Below are positions 1 to 9,345 of a stretch of 63,405 bases of DNA, one piece after another. The number at the start of each line of letters is the position of its first letter. Position 1 is the first letter of the stretch. Position numbers and translations under genes: made by a program. This DNA is from a virus (lineage: Duplodnaviria; Caudoviricetes). The notes beneath the pieces were generated by a model. The model was not told where the DNA came from, ran no database searches, and saw only the letters and a list, made by a program, of their open reading frames with translations. The DNA is taken from the IMG/VR virus record IMGVR_UViG_3300032285_003896, positions 1 to 63,405 of that record. The stretch is one strand, 5' to 3'.

Positions 1-105
1 GTTGGAACTGTGACTATAGAAGATAGATTAGTTGGAACAATTAAAGAAAAGCAATTAGAACTTTATATGAAACCTACTTGGGTTAATGCAGAATACAAAT
101 TTTAA
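1..105 (+). CDS. 3' end of a truncated hypothetical protein
   Basis: Frame 1 is open from the window edge to TAA at 103-105. Confidence 0.5.
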   Translation, partial: VGTVTIEDRLVGTIKEKQLELYMKPTWVNAEYKF

Positions 106-119
106 TAAAAAAATAAGTT

Positions 120-335
120 ATGAGAATACAAAAAACAACTTTGCCTGAAGAAATCATAGAAATTAATAAGTGGTTCCAGACTTTTAATGTAGGATCTAGA
201 TGTGAGAAGCATACAAGATTTGCAAATGAAAATTTAAATGATCAGTATGATTTTAGTGGATTTAAACGTAAACAAGATAGATATCGTAAATTACAATTTT
301 TTAAGAATATTAAATTAGCAGATATATGGTCATAA
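120..335 (+). CDS. hypothetical protein
   Basis: ORF with typical AAAATAAGTTATG leader. Confidence 0.6.
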   Translation: MRIQKTTLPEEIIEINKWFQTFNVGSRCEKHTRFANENLNDQYDFSGFKRKQDRYRKLQFFKNIKLADIWS

Positions 336-646
336 TCCACAGTTTCCAAGTGCCTTTTGTTATCAATGATGAATCAGGAAGATATATTTTTGTTGACGGT
401 AAGAGAACAGATCTTCCAAGTAAGTCAGATAAGAAGGACTATATTTGGTTCAGAAGACCTTATCCAGGTGGAAAGAATGAAGCCTTTAAAATCCACTTGG
501 ATTGGGAAGTAAAAGGAAATGCCGGTAGATCATACAAAGTGGAAGTGGATCATAACAAGTGGTCATGTAACTGCCATTCTTTCAAGTTTAGTGGAAATAA
601 AAAATTCTGTAAACACATAGAGGAAATTAAGGCGTCATATTTATAA
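326..646 (+). CDS. SWIM zinc-finger protein
   Basis: WSCNC...FCKHI motif (CxC-Xn-CxH) preceded by Y-x-V. Confidence 0.8.
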   Translation: MVIIHSFQVPFVINDESGRYIFVDGKRTDLPSKSDKKDYIWFRRPYPGGKNEAFKIHLDWEVKGNAGRSYKVEVDHNKWSCNCHSFKFSGNKKFCKHIEEIKASYL

Positions 647-675
647 TAGACTTAAGGTTGCCTAAATTATAATTT

Positions 676-1275
676 ATGAACAAGAAAACACAGGATTTCA
701 TAGCTCATGTAAAAGCAGAGTGTAAAAAGAATGGAGTTAAGTGTGATTTAAGGAAAGTATCCTACGTCAGACTGAGTAAAGGAATGAAATGCTCAGGGTG
801 GTTTGATTCTGACGGTGATCAACCAACACTTGTTTGTTCTATGAATAGGCCTGATTTTTTAGAAATACTTGTGCATGAATTTTGCCACATGCAACAATGG
901 ATAGAACAATGTCCAGAGTGGATAAGCTCAGATAATTCCATGAACTATGTGGATGATTGGCTTTCTGGTAAAGAAGTAAAGAACATTAAAAAATATATTG
1001 GATTAAGCAGAGATCTTGAATTGGATAATGAAAAGAGATCTGTTAAAATGATAAAAAAATTTAACTTAGATATAGATATACAATCGTATATTAAAAAAGC
1101 TAATTCATATATCCTATTCTATAATTGGTTATTAGAATCTAGAAAATGGAGTACACCTCAAAATTCACCTTATAAGAATAAAAAACTCCTATCAGTAATG
1201 CCTTCTACTTTTAGAATGGACTACACTAAAATCCCTGAGAAAATTAGAAAGGTGTATGAAGAAGAAAATATTTAG
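676..1275 (+). CDS. zincin-like metallopeptidase
   Basis: ILVHEFCH motif with downstream ELDNE. Confidence 0.7.
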   Translation: MNKKTQDFIAHVKAECKKNGVKCDLRKVSYVRLSKGMKCSGWFDSDGDQPTLVCSMNRPDFLEILVHEFCHMQQWIEQCPEWISSDNSMNYVDDWLSGKEVKNIKKYIGLSRDLELDNEKRSVKMIKKFNLDIDIQSYIKKANSYILFYNWLLESRKWSTPQNSPYKNKKLLSVMPSTFRMDYTKIPEKIRKVYEEENI

Positions 1276-1278
1276 AGT

Positions 1279-1668
1279 ATGGAACCCGAAGTAAAACTTA
1301 CGAGAAGTCACGTTAACAAAATATTAGATTGGTGTATAAATACCTACGGTAAATCAAATTTCAATAAAGAAATTCCTGTAGTAGAATTTAAAAAGCCAGA
1401 CTATAGCAATGAAGATTGCTGGGCATTCTATGATGAAATTGAAGGTGTCATTTTTATTAACAAAGAAAAGAATACCACACTATATGATCTAACAAATAGT
1501 ATCATTCATGAGTATACACACTATAAACAAAACATGAAGCATTACCAGATACTAAGTCTATATCTTCCTGATCATAAAAATCCAATGGAAATAGAAGCAG
1601 AAAAAGTAGCTAAAAAGGATAGTAAAAAATGTCTAAAAGAAGTATTTAATATTAAAAGTATCAAGTAA
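1279..1668 (+). CDS. zincin-like (SprT/IrrE-type) metallopeptidase
   Basis: IIHEYTHYKQ...NPMEIEA motif. Confidence 0.75.
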   Translation: MEPEVKLTRSHVNKILDWCINTYGKSNFNKEIPVVEFKKPDYSNEDCWAFYDEIEGVIFINKEKNTTLYDLTNSIIHEYTHYKQNMKHYQILSLYLPDHKNPMEIEAEKVAKKDSKKCLKEVFNIKSIK

Positions 1669-1685
1669 CTTAGATATTTATTGTT

Positions 1686-1901
1686 ATGTTATATTATGAC
1701 GTCCTGGATGAAATAGCAGGTTCATCAGAAATACCAAATGAGATCCATCCTTTATTCCATGTTAATCCTAGAGAAGCGTGGATAGAGATAATGGTTCAAC
1801 TTATAGAAAGAGGTGTTGTAAAAAATAGTTATGATAGTTTACAAAGCTACTCTACTATTTGGGAGGGTATGTTATACACTAAATTTAGCACTGTAAATTA
1901 A
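1686..1901 (+). CDS. hypothetical protein
   Basis: ORF downstream of ATATTTAT motif at 1674. Confidence 0.55.
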   Translation: MLYYDVLDEIAGSSEIPNEIHPLFHVNPREAWIEIMVQLIERGVVKNSYDSLQSYSTIWEGMLYTKFSTVN

Positions 1902-1906
1902 ATTGA

Positions 1907-2197
1907 ATGCTTTTACAACAACAAATTAGTGACACTTACGTACAGAGTCATTTAATGGAATATGGGATTTTAGGATTTTTAGCTTTTGTTCTAGGATATT
2001 TTGCTTGGATTCAATATAAAAGACTTGTCCAAAAAAATGACGAACTAGAAGTTAAAGTAGATAAATTGCAGGAAGAAATGATGGGTTTGTTAGTTGAGGA
2101 AAGAGATCGATTAGCACAATTAATAAGAGATAATACTGCTGCTCTTCAAGAATTGCAGAAAACAATATTTAAATTCATGGTTAAAAAAGGAGAATGA
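1907..2197 (+). CDS. single-TM coiled-coil protein, possible holin
   Basis: YGILGFLAFVLGYFAW TM segment followed by a coiled coil, resembling BhlA/UviB-type architecture. Confidence 0.45.
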   Translation: MLLQQQISDTYVQSHLMEYGILGFLAFVLGYFAWIQYKRLVQKNDELEVKVDKLQEEMMGLLVEERDRLAQLIRDNTAALQELQKTIFKFMVKKGE

Positions 2198-2505
2198 TGG
2201 ATTTCAAATCAAAGTCTTTACTCAAATTAGCAGATAAACTAATTAAATCTCATGAGGCTAAAGAACATTTTGATAGATCCCAAAAAGAAAAAGAATACTC
2301 CAAAAAAATAATGATACTCAAAGAGATCTTAACTACTGAGTATAAATTCGCCAATCAGCATAAAGTACTTCATCCAGAGTATAATATCAAATTAGATGTT
2401 ATCAGAAAACATATAGACTACGTAAAAAAGATCCAAGGATATAAAACACTAGATACTTCTGATAAACAGATCGTAGATCAATTAATGAACAAGTACGGAG
2501 TTTAA
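2194..2505 (+). CDS. hypothetical protein
   Basis: ATGA-coupled to the upstream ORF. Confidence 0.6.
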   Translation: MMDFKSKSLLKLADKLIKSHEAKEHFDRSQKEKEYSKKIMILKEILTTEYKFANQHKVLHPEYNIKLDVIRKHIDYVKKIQGYKTLDTSDKQIVDQLMNKYGV

Positions 2506-2575
2506 CTAACTACAAACAATTATTTTTTTATTGGAATTAAATAGCTTAATTTTATTTTGAAATAAAAATAATACT

Positions 2576-2668
2576 ATGAGCACCATCGATAAAGTAGCAA
2601 TTATAACTATAGCACTTAATTTAGTAATAGTTGTATTAGTTCTTAGATACGGAAACAAAAAAAAATAA
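2576..2668 (+). CDS. 30-aa membrane peptide (not in ORF track)
   Basis: MSTIDKVAIITIALNLVIVVLVLRYGNKKK; A-rich leader and promoter-like sequence upstream. Confidence 0.5.
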   Translation: MSTIDKVAIITIALNLVIVVLVLRYGNKKK

Positions 2669-2673
2669 AGATT

Positions 2674-2982
2674 ATGAAAGACATTTTTTACGACATTAAT
2701 GATTTTAGATGGTCCAAAGAAAACAATTCATTTTATGCAGATGCAAATTATCTTTACACATTAGGAGATTATAACAATGCTTTTCCAAATGGTAAAAGTA
2801 AATTCTATATAAAGAATTTTAAGACTAATGACTTTCGTTCATTTATTTTTCAAGAAGAAAGTATTTCACGTTTTATTGAAAAGTCTGATCCAGATTATGG
2901 AATACAAGAATATGCAATAGAAGAGACTGTCTGGATATACAAAAGTGAAGACGGGATCTTATGCCAAATAGCCCTTCCTTAG
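2674..2982 (+). CDS. hypothetical protein
   Basis: ORF with AAATAAAGATTATG leader. Confidence 0.6.
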   Translation: MKDIFYDINDFRWSKENNSFYADANYLYTLGDYNNAFPNGKSKFYIKNFKTNDFRSFIFQEESISRFIEKSDPDYGIQEYAIEETVWIYKSEDGILCQIALP

Positions 2983-3004
2983 GCCAACTCTAGGCCATAT
3001 ACTA

Positions 3005-3156
3005 TAACTGATTGATTTTCAATACTTTATAACCTATTGATTATCAACAAGTTATAACTGATTGATTTTCAATCGAGAATTTTTGAAAATAGCTAAAATA
3101 AATTTTTTTATTTGAAAAATTTGTTATAATTTTACTATATAACAAATCAATCAAGT
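3005..3156 (+). promoter_or_regulatory. early promoter cassette 1: three 25-bp IHF-like palindromic units, A/T tracts and a Bacteroidota-type -7 box
   Basis: TAAnnnnTTGATT at 3005, 3030 and 3055; AAAATAAATTTTTTT at 3095; TTGTTATAATTTTACTATATAACAAATCAA at 3121. Confidence 0.75.
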
Positions 3157-3519
3157 ATGACTATTAAGATCTTCGTTTTCAACTACCTTACACATGAGAC
3201 AATTATTGACAGTACGATCGAAGTAAATGGTGACTACGCTGTAGCAGAAGCAAACCACAAGGCTTTTAGCGAAATGTATCCAGATTGTCAAGTTAACTTT
3301 GTTATTGACAAAGACAATTTCATCTTTGCTCCTCCTATTAACATGACACAGGACGAAATAGCTTACGACGAAGGTCGTATGACTTGGAACGAGTATATGA
3401 CTAAGTGGCATAACGGTGCAATGGAAAGCGATAGCGATATGCCCGACTACGAAGTAGAGAGACAGATCGACGAGCTTCTTGAGGCCGATTGGAACGAACG
3501 CGATGCTATCTGCCAATAA
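3157..3519 (+). CDS. early hypothetical protein (paralog of 4161..4553)
   Basis: First ORF after cassette 1; P.NM..D...DE..M...KW pattern. Confidence 0.7.
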   Translation: MTIKIFVFNYLTHETIIDSTIEVNGDYAVAEANHKAFSEMYPDCQVNFVIDKDNFIFAPPINMTQDEIAYDEGRMTWNEYMTKWHNGAMESDSDMPDYEVERQIDELLEADWNERDAICQ

Positions 3520-3544
3520 TTAATTAATCTTAAAAATAAAAGTT

Positions 3545-3769
3545 ATGTTATACACAAAAAGAGACTTACAAAATTTAGACGCGATCGAACAAGCTTGGGA
3601 CGGAGACGAACTTAAGATAGAAGAGCAAGGATATAGAGTATGGCTTACGCATCCTGAAAATAGAAAGTACAGTGGCGACTACACTGTAGAAACTTTAGTT
3701 AACGGTAAATGGGAACAACAATCATGTTTATTTGATTTTGAATACAAAAATCTTCCATATATAAAATAA
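3545..3769 (+). CDS. hypothetical protein
   Basis: AAATAAAAGTTATG leader. Confidence 0.65.
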   Translation: MLYTKRDLQNLDAIEQAWDGDELKIEEQGYRVWLTHPENRKYSGDYTVETLVNGKWEQQSCLFDFEYKNLPYIK

Positions 3770-3774
3770 AAGTT

Positions 3775-4071
3775 ATGATGTTTAAACAAAATGTAAACGC
3801 GTCAGCCGGTACTTCTTTTTTCGGTACCACTTTAAAAGCCTCAGTTAATGAATTAATCCAGATTTTTGGAAAGCCTACAATTCAAGATAATACTGGAGAA
3901 GATAAAGTAAATTTTGAGTGGGATGTAGAATGCCATGATGGAACTGTCTTTACTGTATATGATTGGAAAGAATACCGACCGATCGGTCTAGATGAACAAA
4001 TAGAGTGGCATATAGGTGGTATGAGTGAAGCAGATACAGAAAAAGCAAAAAGAGAAATCATTATATTTTAA
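3775..4071 (+). CDS. conserved phage hypothetical protein
   Basis: FGKP...DKVNFEW...FTVYDWK...WHIGG motif seen in many phage early proteins. Confidence 0.7.
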   Translation: MMFKQNVNASAGTSFFGTTLKASVNELIQIFGKPTIQDNTGEDKVNFEWDVECHDGTVFTVYDWKEYRPIGLDEQIEWHIGGMSEADTEKAKREIIIF

Positions 4072-4160
4072 AATAAAAGTTATGGAAGTTACAATAATCC
4101 CGATCTTAGTTTATCCAAATTTTCCTAAAGAAATTAATACAATACATTTAAATTAAAGTT

Positions 4161-4553
4161 ATGAATAAAAATTTTACAGTAGCTAAACAAACTCAAGACA
4201 CTTCTAAATTAACTCTTTGCACTTTAACAATCAAAGATTGGTTCACTGCAAAAGCACAAGTGAAAAAGATCATGCCAAAAGATCCTGAGAAAGCATTAAG
4301 TATTCACAGTAAATTAAATCCTAATGCTATAGTTACAATATCTTGGGATAGTAAAGGTAAGCCAATGAGTAAGACTTTGGTTCCAGATAACATGAGACGT
4401 GATCAGGAGCTTGTGGACGAGCTAGAAATGGAGGTTGAATACTTCACAAAGAAGTGGTATGGTAAGATCAGTAAGGCTAAAATGGCTCAAATTCAAGCAG
4501 AAATAGAGTCAGAAACACAACTTATTGATAATGAATCAGTTGTAATGGGTTGA
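4161..4553 (+). CDS. hypothetical protein (paralog of 3157..3519)
   Basis: AAAGTTATG leader; shared motif pattern. Confidence 0.65.
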   Translation: MNKNFTVAKQTQDTSKLTLCTLTIKDWFTAKAQVKKIMPKDPEKALSIHSKLNPNAIVTISWDSKGKPMSKTLVPDNMRRDQELVDELEMEVEYFTKKWYGKISKAKMAQIQAEIESETQLIDNESVVMG

Positions 4554-4670
4554 TTTTCAATCAGTTATAACTAGTTGATTACCAATAAAAACTTTTAAAA
4601 ATAGCTAAAATAAATTTTTTTATCTCGTAGAATCGTTATAATTTTACTATGAAACAAAACAATAAAGGTT
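4543..4670 (+). promoter_or_regulatory. early promoter cassette 2
   Basis: 25-bp units at 4543 and 4568; CCAATAAAAACTTTT; AAAATAAATTTTTTT at 4607; GTTATAATTTTACTAT. Confidence 0.75.
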
Positions 4671-5546
4671 ATGAATAATCAAATTATCCTCTCTGCTCTA
4701 GAATGTCAATTAGTTGCTAAACAATCTGAATTAGAATCGCACTCAACATTAGTATCAGATCCCGCTTTAAAAGCGCACACTCAAAATGTTTTACAGTCTC
4801 TTCGTGAGAATGTATCTACACTTATCCCTAATATTTCTGTTACTTCAGATCGTATAGAAATTATGAAGTCAGATAAAGATAGGTGGTCAAGTATAACTAT
4901 CTATTTAGAACACGATTGGAGATCTGAGGACAAGACAAAGTATGCTAAAATTAATTGGTATGGATCTTCTGCTACTTTAAAAGATGAAAATACCTTAAAT
5001 GATCTTCAAATATTTGGCGCGGTTGCTGCTAAACTTGCTTGGATCGAATATGAATTCGTAAATAATTGGAGACCGGCTATTTTGGCAATTGATAAAATAC
5101 CACAAAATATACAAAATGAAATCCGCCAAATTAATTATAGCATTCAATCAGTAAAAAATCAAATGAGAAATGACGGAATTGATAGCTATAAAAAAGAGGG
5201 ATTTGTTTGTACTCTTACTCCAACTTTGAATATATCAAGAGATTGGGATACAGAAGGTAATCCATACCAATTACAATCAAGTATTCCTAACATACAGCTA
5301 TCAACAGGTCGTGGTAAGTGGGATTATGTTTTTGCTAAGTCGTTCAAAATTTTAAAAACTAATAAGTACAAGACTACTTTAGAAGTAACTCAAAGCGATG
5401 ATAGAGTTATAGAACGTACAGTTACGGCTAGATCTTTCGATCAATTCATTTCTGAAGTTTACGATTGGCAGACAGATAAAGCTAAAGTGCATAATGATAA
5501 AATCACAGAAAGATTCAATACTCAGTACGCTAAACAATCTGTATAA
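4671..5546 (+). CDS. early hypothetical protein (coiled-coil rich)
   Basis: 291-aa ORF after cassette 2. Confidence 0.7.
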   Translation: MNNQIILSALECQLVAKQSELESHSTLVSDPALKAHTQNVLQSLRENVSTLIPNISVTSDRIEIMKSDKDRWSSITIYLEHDWRSEDKTKYAKINWYGSSATLKDENTLNDLQIFGAVAAKLAWIEYEFVNNWRPAILAIDKIPQNIQNEIRQINYSIQSVKNQMRNDGIDSYKKEGFVCTLTPTLNISRDWDTEGNPYQLQSSIPNIQLSTGRGKWDYVFAKSFKILKTNKYKTTLEVTQSDDRVIERTVTARSFDQFISEVYDWQTDKAKVHNDKITERFNTQYAKQSV

Positions 5547-5566
5547 TTAATTATAAAATAAAAGTT

Positions 5567-5944
5567 ATGAAAAAAATAAGTAGGAAGAAGTCCTTAGTGG
5601 ACTACATGATCGAGAATGGAAACAATTTTAGGTATAGCGACATGATAAAATATCTTGTCAAAATTTGTAGAGATAAAGATTATGAGTGGCAATATGATAG
5701 AGGATTCTATTCAGCAAATTTTGGTTTTAGTGGATACATGACTAGAGGTTGTGGTACTTGTGGAGTATATAAAAATCCCTCAGGTAAATGGAGTGCTAAG
5801 TATTATACAGAAGATGAAATCATGTTGTACAAAATAGAACGATTTGTGAATCCTGCAGTTCGTAAACTAGTAAGATATCCTTCGATATGGAAAGATACAA
5901 AATTAGATCTTATTAAAAAAATAGCTAAACTAGTTAAAAAATAA
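5567..5944 (+). CDS. hypothetical protein
   Basis: AAAGTTATG leader. Confidence 0.6.
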   Translation: MKKISRKKSLVDYMIENGNNFRYSDMIKYLVKICRDKDYEWQYDRGFYSANFGFSGYMTRGCGTCGVYKNPSGKWSAKYYTEDEIMLYKIERFVNPAVRKLVRYPSIWKDTKLDLIKKIAKLVKK

Positions 5945-5949
5945 AAGTT

Positions 5950-6171
5950 ATGGAAGAAATAAAACTAGAAAAAGCAATGTTTGAATTTAGTCAAGATGGT
6001 AATTGTGTTGATGGAGATATTGAGACACTAGAAATTAGATGTGAATCATCTTTAGGCATTGATAATGATGGTGGATGTTTCTACGTATTAAAAACAGAAC
6101 AGTGGGCTATTGACTCTGCTGCGGACTTACAAAAATTATTTGATAGAATTCAAAAATCGATAAAAAAATAA
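5950..6171 (+). CDS. hypothetical protein
   Basis: AAAGTTATG leader. Confidence 0.6.
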   Translation: MEEIKLEKAMFEFSQDGNCVDGDIETLEIRCESSLGIDNDGGCFYVLKTEQWAIDSAADLQKLFDRIQKSIKK

Positions 6172-6174
6172 ATT

Positions 6175-6381
6175 ATGAGTACTAAATATTGTAAAGTGTG
6201 TCAGAAAGAAATTCATCCTAAACGTGTAGCATTAGGATACGGAACTACGTGTGTAGATCATAGTAGTGCAGAAAGATATACAGGAATTGTAGCCGCAGGA
6301 TCTAAGAATGACTTCGAAGTTCAGATCATTAAAGATCCTGAGATTGGTAGACAACTTGTACAGTTATCAAATATTTATTAA
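6175..6381 (+). CDS. TraR/DksA-like zinc-finger protein
   Basis: YCKVCQKEIHPKRV...TCVDH matches the DksA/TraR finger pattern CxxC.EI..R...C. Confidence 0.6.
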   Translation: MSTKYCKVCQKEIHPKRVALGYGTTCVDHSSAERYTGIVAAGSKNDFEVQIIKDPEIGRQLVQLSNIY

Positions 6382-6391
6382 AAAACAAAAA

Positions 6392-6664
6392 ATGAATTAT
6401 TTAAGCCCGGTAGAATATAGTAAAAAAATGAAAGCACTAATGGAAGACGATTCAATTGCTGCAGAAGAAGTAGTACCTGTAAAAGGAGAGACTACTATGA
6501 AAGAAAGACTTTCACGACTTTCACCTGATGAAACAACTAAGCTTAAAGAATATATAGATAGTATCAAAGAGATCAAGAAAGCTATTGATGAATTATTAAA
6601 TAAAGAAGAGATAGAGGAAGGCGGAAACATGTCCTCAGGATTAGTACTTCCTGAAGAGGAATAA
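6392..6664 (+). CDS. late acidic hypothetical protein (start revised to MNYLSP)
   Basis: ATATTTAT at 6371 followed by an A-rich leader to ATG 6392. Confidence 0.6.
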   Translation: MNYLSPVEYSKKMKALMEDDSIAAEEVVPVKGETTMKERLSRLSPDETTKLKEYIDSIKEIKKAIDELLNKEEIEEGGNMSSGLVLPEEE

Positions 6665-6679
6665 AAAAAAATAATAGTT

Positions 6680-7021
6680 ATGCAAAATTTAGTTTCGGGA
6701 ATATTTTTTGGTGTCATAGGACAAGCACTCTCTTTTTTTCAATTACAAGCAGGAATAAGATTCGGTTGGACCGAGAAATGGAGTTGGGCTTTAATGCTAT
6801 TAGGCTTTCCAATTAGCTGGTCTTTCATGAAAAGTGTAAAGTACTTCATCGATGCATTTGATGGAGAGATCTATCCAAGTAGAATATTAGGATTTGCTGT
6901 AGGAATTATTGTGTTTAGTATTTTAGGATGGTTTCTGTTTAGAGAAGGAATCAGTTCTAAAACTGCAGTGTGTTTACTTTTAAGTTTGTGTATTATTCTT
7001 ATCCAAGTACTTTGGAAGTAA
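6680..7021 (+). CDS. small 4-TM DMT/SMR-like membrane protein
   Basis: Four hydrophobic segments; GWFLFREGIS motif typical of the EamA/DMT group. Confidence 0.6.
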   Translation: MQNLVSGIFFGVIGQALSFFQLQAGIRFGWTEKWSWALMLLGFPISWSFMKSVKYFIDAFDGEIYPSRILGFAVGIIVFSILGWFLFREGISSKTAVCLLLSLCIILIQVLWK

Positions 7022-7069
7022 ATTATTTTTTACCTTAATTATTTTATAATTTTATATAAATAAGTTATT

Positions 7070-7792
7070 TTGAAAACGGTGGTTATAGGAGATATTCATG
7101 GTAGATCTATTTGGAAATCAATAGTACAAAAAGAAAATCCTGACAGAGTAATTTTTGTTGGAGATTATTTTGATAGTTTCGATATCCCAGGATTAGATCA
7201 GATATATAATTTCAAAGAGATAATTTATTATAAAGAAAGCAACACTCAAGTTGAAGTTATATTGTTGATCGGTAACCACGACTATCATTATTTCCCGGAT
7301 GTCGGTTACAATGGAACATCAGGATATCAAACTGGAATTGCTCCTAACATTATTCAAGCGCTTCAAGAGAATAGACATTATTTACAAATGGCTTATCAAA
7401 TGGGTGAATTTGTATTCACTCATGCAGGTATAAGTAGCCAATTTATGGATGAAGTATTCGGAACTAACGGATGGAAAGTAGATACTTTAGCAGAAGATTT
7501 AAATGAGCTATTCAAATATAAACCTAAAGCTTTTGAATTTAGTGGTAAAAATCCTTATGGAGATGATCCAGAACAAGGTCCACTTTGGATTAGACCAAAG
7601 TCACTAATGAAAATAAATAGAGACACTTTAAGAAAGAAAATCATCCAAGTAGTAGGTCATACTGCAGTTCATAAAATAGATAAAGGAAGTAAAGCTACAG
7701 GAGGTAGATATTATTTCATAGACACTCTAGACACTAGTCAAGAATATATGATCATAGAAAATAATCAAATCTCATTTAATACAGTAAACTAA
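7070..7792 (+). CDS. calcineurin-like metallophosphoesterase
   Basis: GDIHG, GDYFD, GNHD, HAG and VGHT motifs; TTG start. Confidence 0.9.
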   Translation: MKTVVIGDIHGRSIWKSIVQKENPDRVIFVGDYFDSFDIPGLDQIYNFKEIIYYKESNTQVEVILLIGNHDYHYFPDVGYNGTSGYQTGIAPNIIQALQENRHYLQMAYQMGEFVFTHAGISSQFMDEVFGTNGWKVDTLAEDLNELFKYKPKAFEFSGKNPYGDDPEQGPLWIRPKSLMKINRDTLRKKIIQVVGHTAVHKIDKGSKATGGRYYFIDTLDTSQEYMIIENNQISFNTVN

Positions 7793-7798
7793 AAAGTT

Positions 7799-8008
7799 AT
7801 GGATAGAATAGAAATGTTATATGATAATATGGATCGCTTCGATAAAGAACAAATGGCAGAGTATCTAATGAAAGATGGATATCCCACTCCGTATTCCCAT
7901 CCAGAAGAATTTAAATATCAAAATGAAATTCTAAAGTTGTATGACAAGTGGAATATGCTTACTCAAGAAGAAGAGGAAACTATTTTAAGAATAGCAAATA
8001 AATTTTAA
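7799..8008 (+). CDS. hypothetical protein
   Basis: AAAAGTTATG leader. Confidence 0.55.
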   Translation: MDRIEMLYDNMDRFDKEQMAEYLMKDGYPTPYSHPEEFKYQNEILKLYDKWNMLTQEEEETILRIANKF

Positions 8009-8010
8009 TC

Positions 8011-8175
8011 ATGTCTTTAATGGTAGATCTAATAGAAAATGTAGAGAATCTGTATTCTAATATGCCCGATAAAAGAAAAAGAAAAGAGTATCAAGATTGG
8101 AAACAAACTATAAACATTGTTATACAAGATATAAATAAATTGTGTAAATTTAAAATGTATAACGAAATAAAATAA
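8011..8175 (+). CDS. 54-aa hypothetical protein (not in ORF track)
   Basis: MSLMVDLIENVENLY...YNEIK fills the gap between neighbours. Confidence 0.5.
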   Translation: MSLMVDLIENVENLYSNMPDKRKRKEYQDWKQTINIVIQDINKLCKFKMYNEIK

Positions 8176-8180
8176 AATAT

Positions 8181-8405
8181 ATGGCAGTAAGTCAAAAACC
8201 TAGAAAGAAAAGAGTAGAACCTAAAGTTGTTACTATGCAATCTGTACAAGAGCCATTATGGTTTCCTATTGATTGGGATAAAGTAGAGACTTTAGAAGAC
8301 ATGAAATTTATAATTAAAAACATGGGTTTAGGTTGTTCTAATCAAGCTCCTAGTTATGCAGAACTTAAAAAGTATTTGTCTGATAAACCTACAATTCAAA
8401 ATTAA
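8181..8405 (+). CDS. hypothetical protein
   Basis: ORF in operon-like packing. Confidence 0.6.
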   Translation: MAVSQKPRKKRVEPKVVTMQSVQEPLWFPIDWDKVETLEDMKFIIKNMGLGCSNQAPSYAELKKYLSDKPTIQN

Positions 8406-8407
8406 TA

Positions 8408-8521
8408 ATGATAAATAAAATACTCTATCTTATATTTGGTTTATTTTGTACGGCAGCATTTCCTTTAGGATTATTACTTCTAGGAATTTATTTTGCTAAT
8501 AAACAAGAAAAAAGTAAATAA
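8408..8521 (+). CDS. 37-aa membrane peptide (not in ORF track)
   Basis: MINKILYLIFGLFCTAAFPLGLLLLGIYFANKQEKSK. Confidence 0.45.
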   Translation: MINKILYLIFGLFCTAAFPLGLLLLGIYFANKQEKSK

Positions 8522-8522
8522 T

Positions 8523-8795
8523 ATGGCAGACTTTAGTAAACAGTATTGTGAAATATACGACCATGGATTTCCTTGGGATTTTGATATAGAAGAAATAGCA
8601 AATGAATTAGATCCTGGTTATATGAATAATGTTATTTGTGAAGGTTTTGGATTTGACGCAATAGGTAAAAAAGAATCTGGTGAAATTATACTACACTTTA
8701 GAGATTGGGAAACAGGAAAAAAATCTTGGGTTAACTATAAAGATTATATGGCAAAACAAAAATTAATGACTAATGAACAGTTGGATAGATCCTAG
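8523..8795 (+). CDS. hypothetical protein (start revised to MADFSKQYCE)
   Basis: MADFS..C...ICEG.G pattern; start follows the upstream peptide stop. Confidence 0.6.
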   Translation: MADFSKQYCEIYDHGFPWDFDIEEIANELDPGYMNNVICEGFGFDAIGKKESGEIILHFRDWETGKKSWVNYKDYMAKQKLMTNEQLDRS

Positions 8796-8952
8796 AATTA
8801 ATAGGATAATAGAATTAGAGTTAGAGATAACAGACGCGGTCTCTAAAGGACATAAAGCGGCAGATAATGATAAGTTTAAAGAGCATAGAGAAGAGCTAAA
8901 GCGATTAAGAGAGGAGCTAAAAATAGAGCGGCGCGCGCAAGGGCGGGGATAA
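8773..8952 (+). CDS. 59-aa coiled-coil hypothetical protein (not in ORF track)
   Basis: MNSWIDPRINRIIELELE...ERRAQGRG on the + strand. Confidence 0.45.
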   Translation: MNSWIDPRINRIIELELEITDAVSKGHKAADNDKFKEHREELKRLREELKIERRAQGRG

Positions 8953-9003
8953 AATTTCGCGAGGGCCTCAAAATTCATAAATACAAATATACAATAATAA
9001 GTT

Positions 9004-9345
9004 ATGCAATACCCAACCTTTGAAAAAATAATGCTTACCTACAAGCGTGCCTTAGAGGACATGACTGCGCTTCACAAGATTGGGTTAGACCTTTCCGAAG
9101 GCCCGTACGACCTCATGAGCCACATGTACGAAATGTTTAATGAATCTATGGGAATTCAATACAACGCCAATGGCGTGGACTGGATTGATTGGTACATATT
9201 CGAAACCGACTGGCAGCAGGCCAAGCACTACGAGGCCTATAATGAAAAGAACCAATTGATAGCCCAAGACTTGCGAGGCCTTTGGGAACTCCTAGAATCA
9301 GAATACAGACTTGATAAAAAACCAGAAATGCCACTAGACTTATGA
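9004..9345 (+). CDS. hypothetical protein
   Basis: GVDWIDWYIFE motif; typical leader. Confidence 0.65.
   Translation: MQYPTFEKIMLTYKRALEDMTALHKIGLDLSEGPYDLMSHMYEMFNESMGIQYNANGVDWIDWYIFETDWQQAKHYEAYNEKNQLIAQDLRGLWELLESEYRLDKKPEMPLDL

Noticed and set aside
3005-3080. 25-bp repeats as a CRISPR array
   Set aside because: Units are contiguous with no spacers, only 2-3 copies per site, and tied to promoters; no cas operon
8925-8970. GC-rich patch GCGGCGCGCGCAAGGGCGGGG as a separate element
   Set aside because: Mostly explained as the ERRAQGRG C-terminus of ORF 8773..8952; no convincing structure
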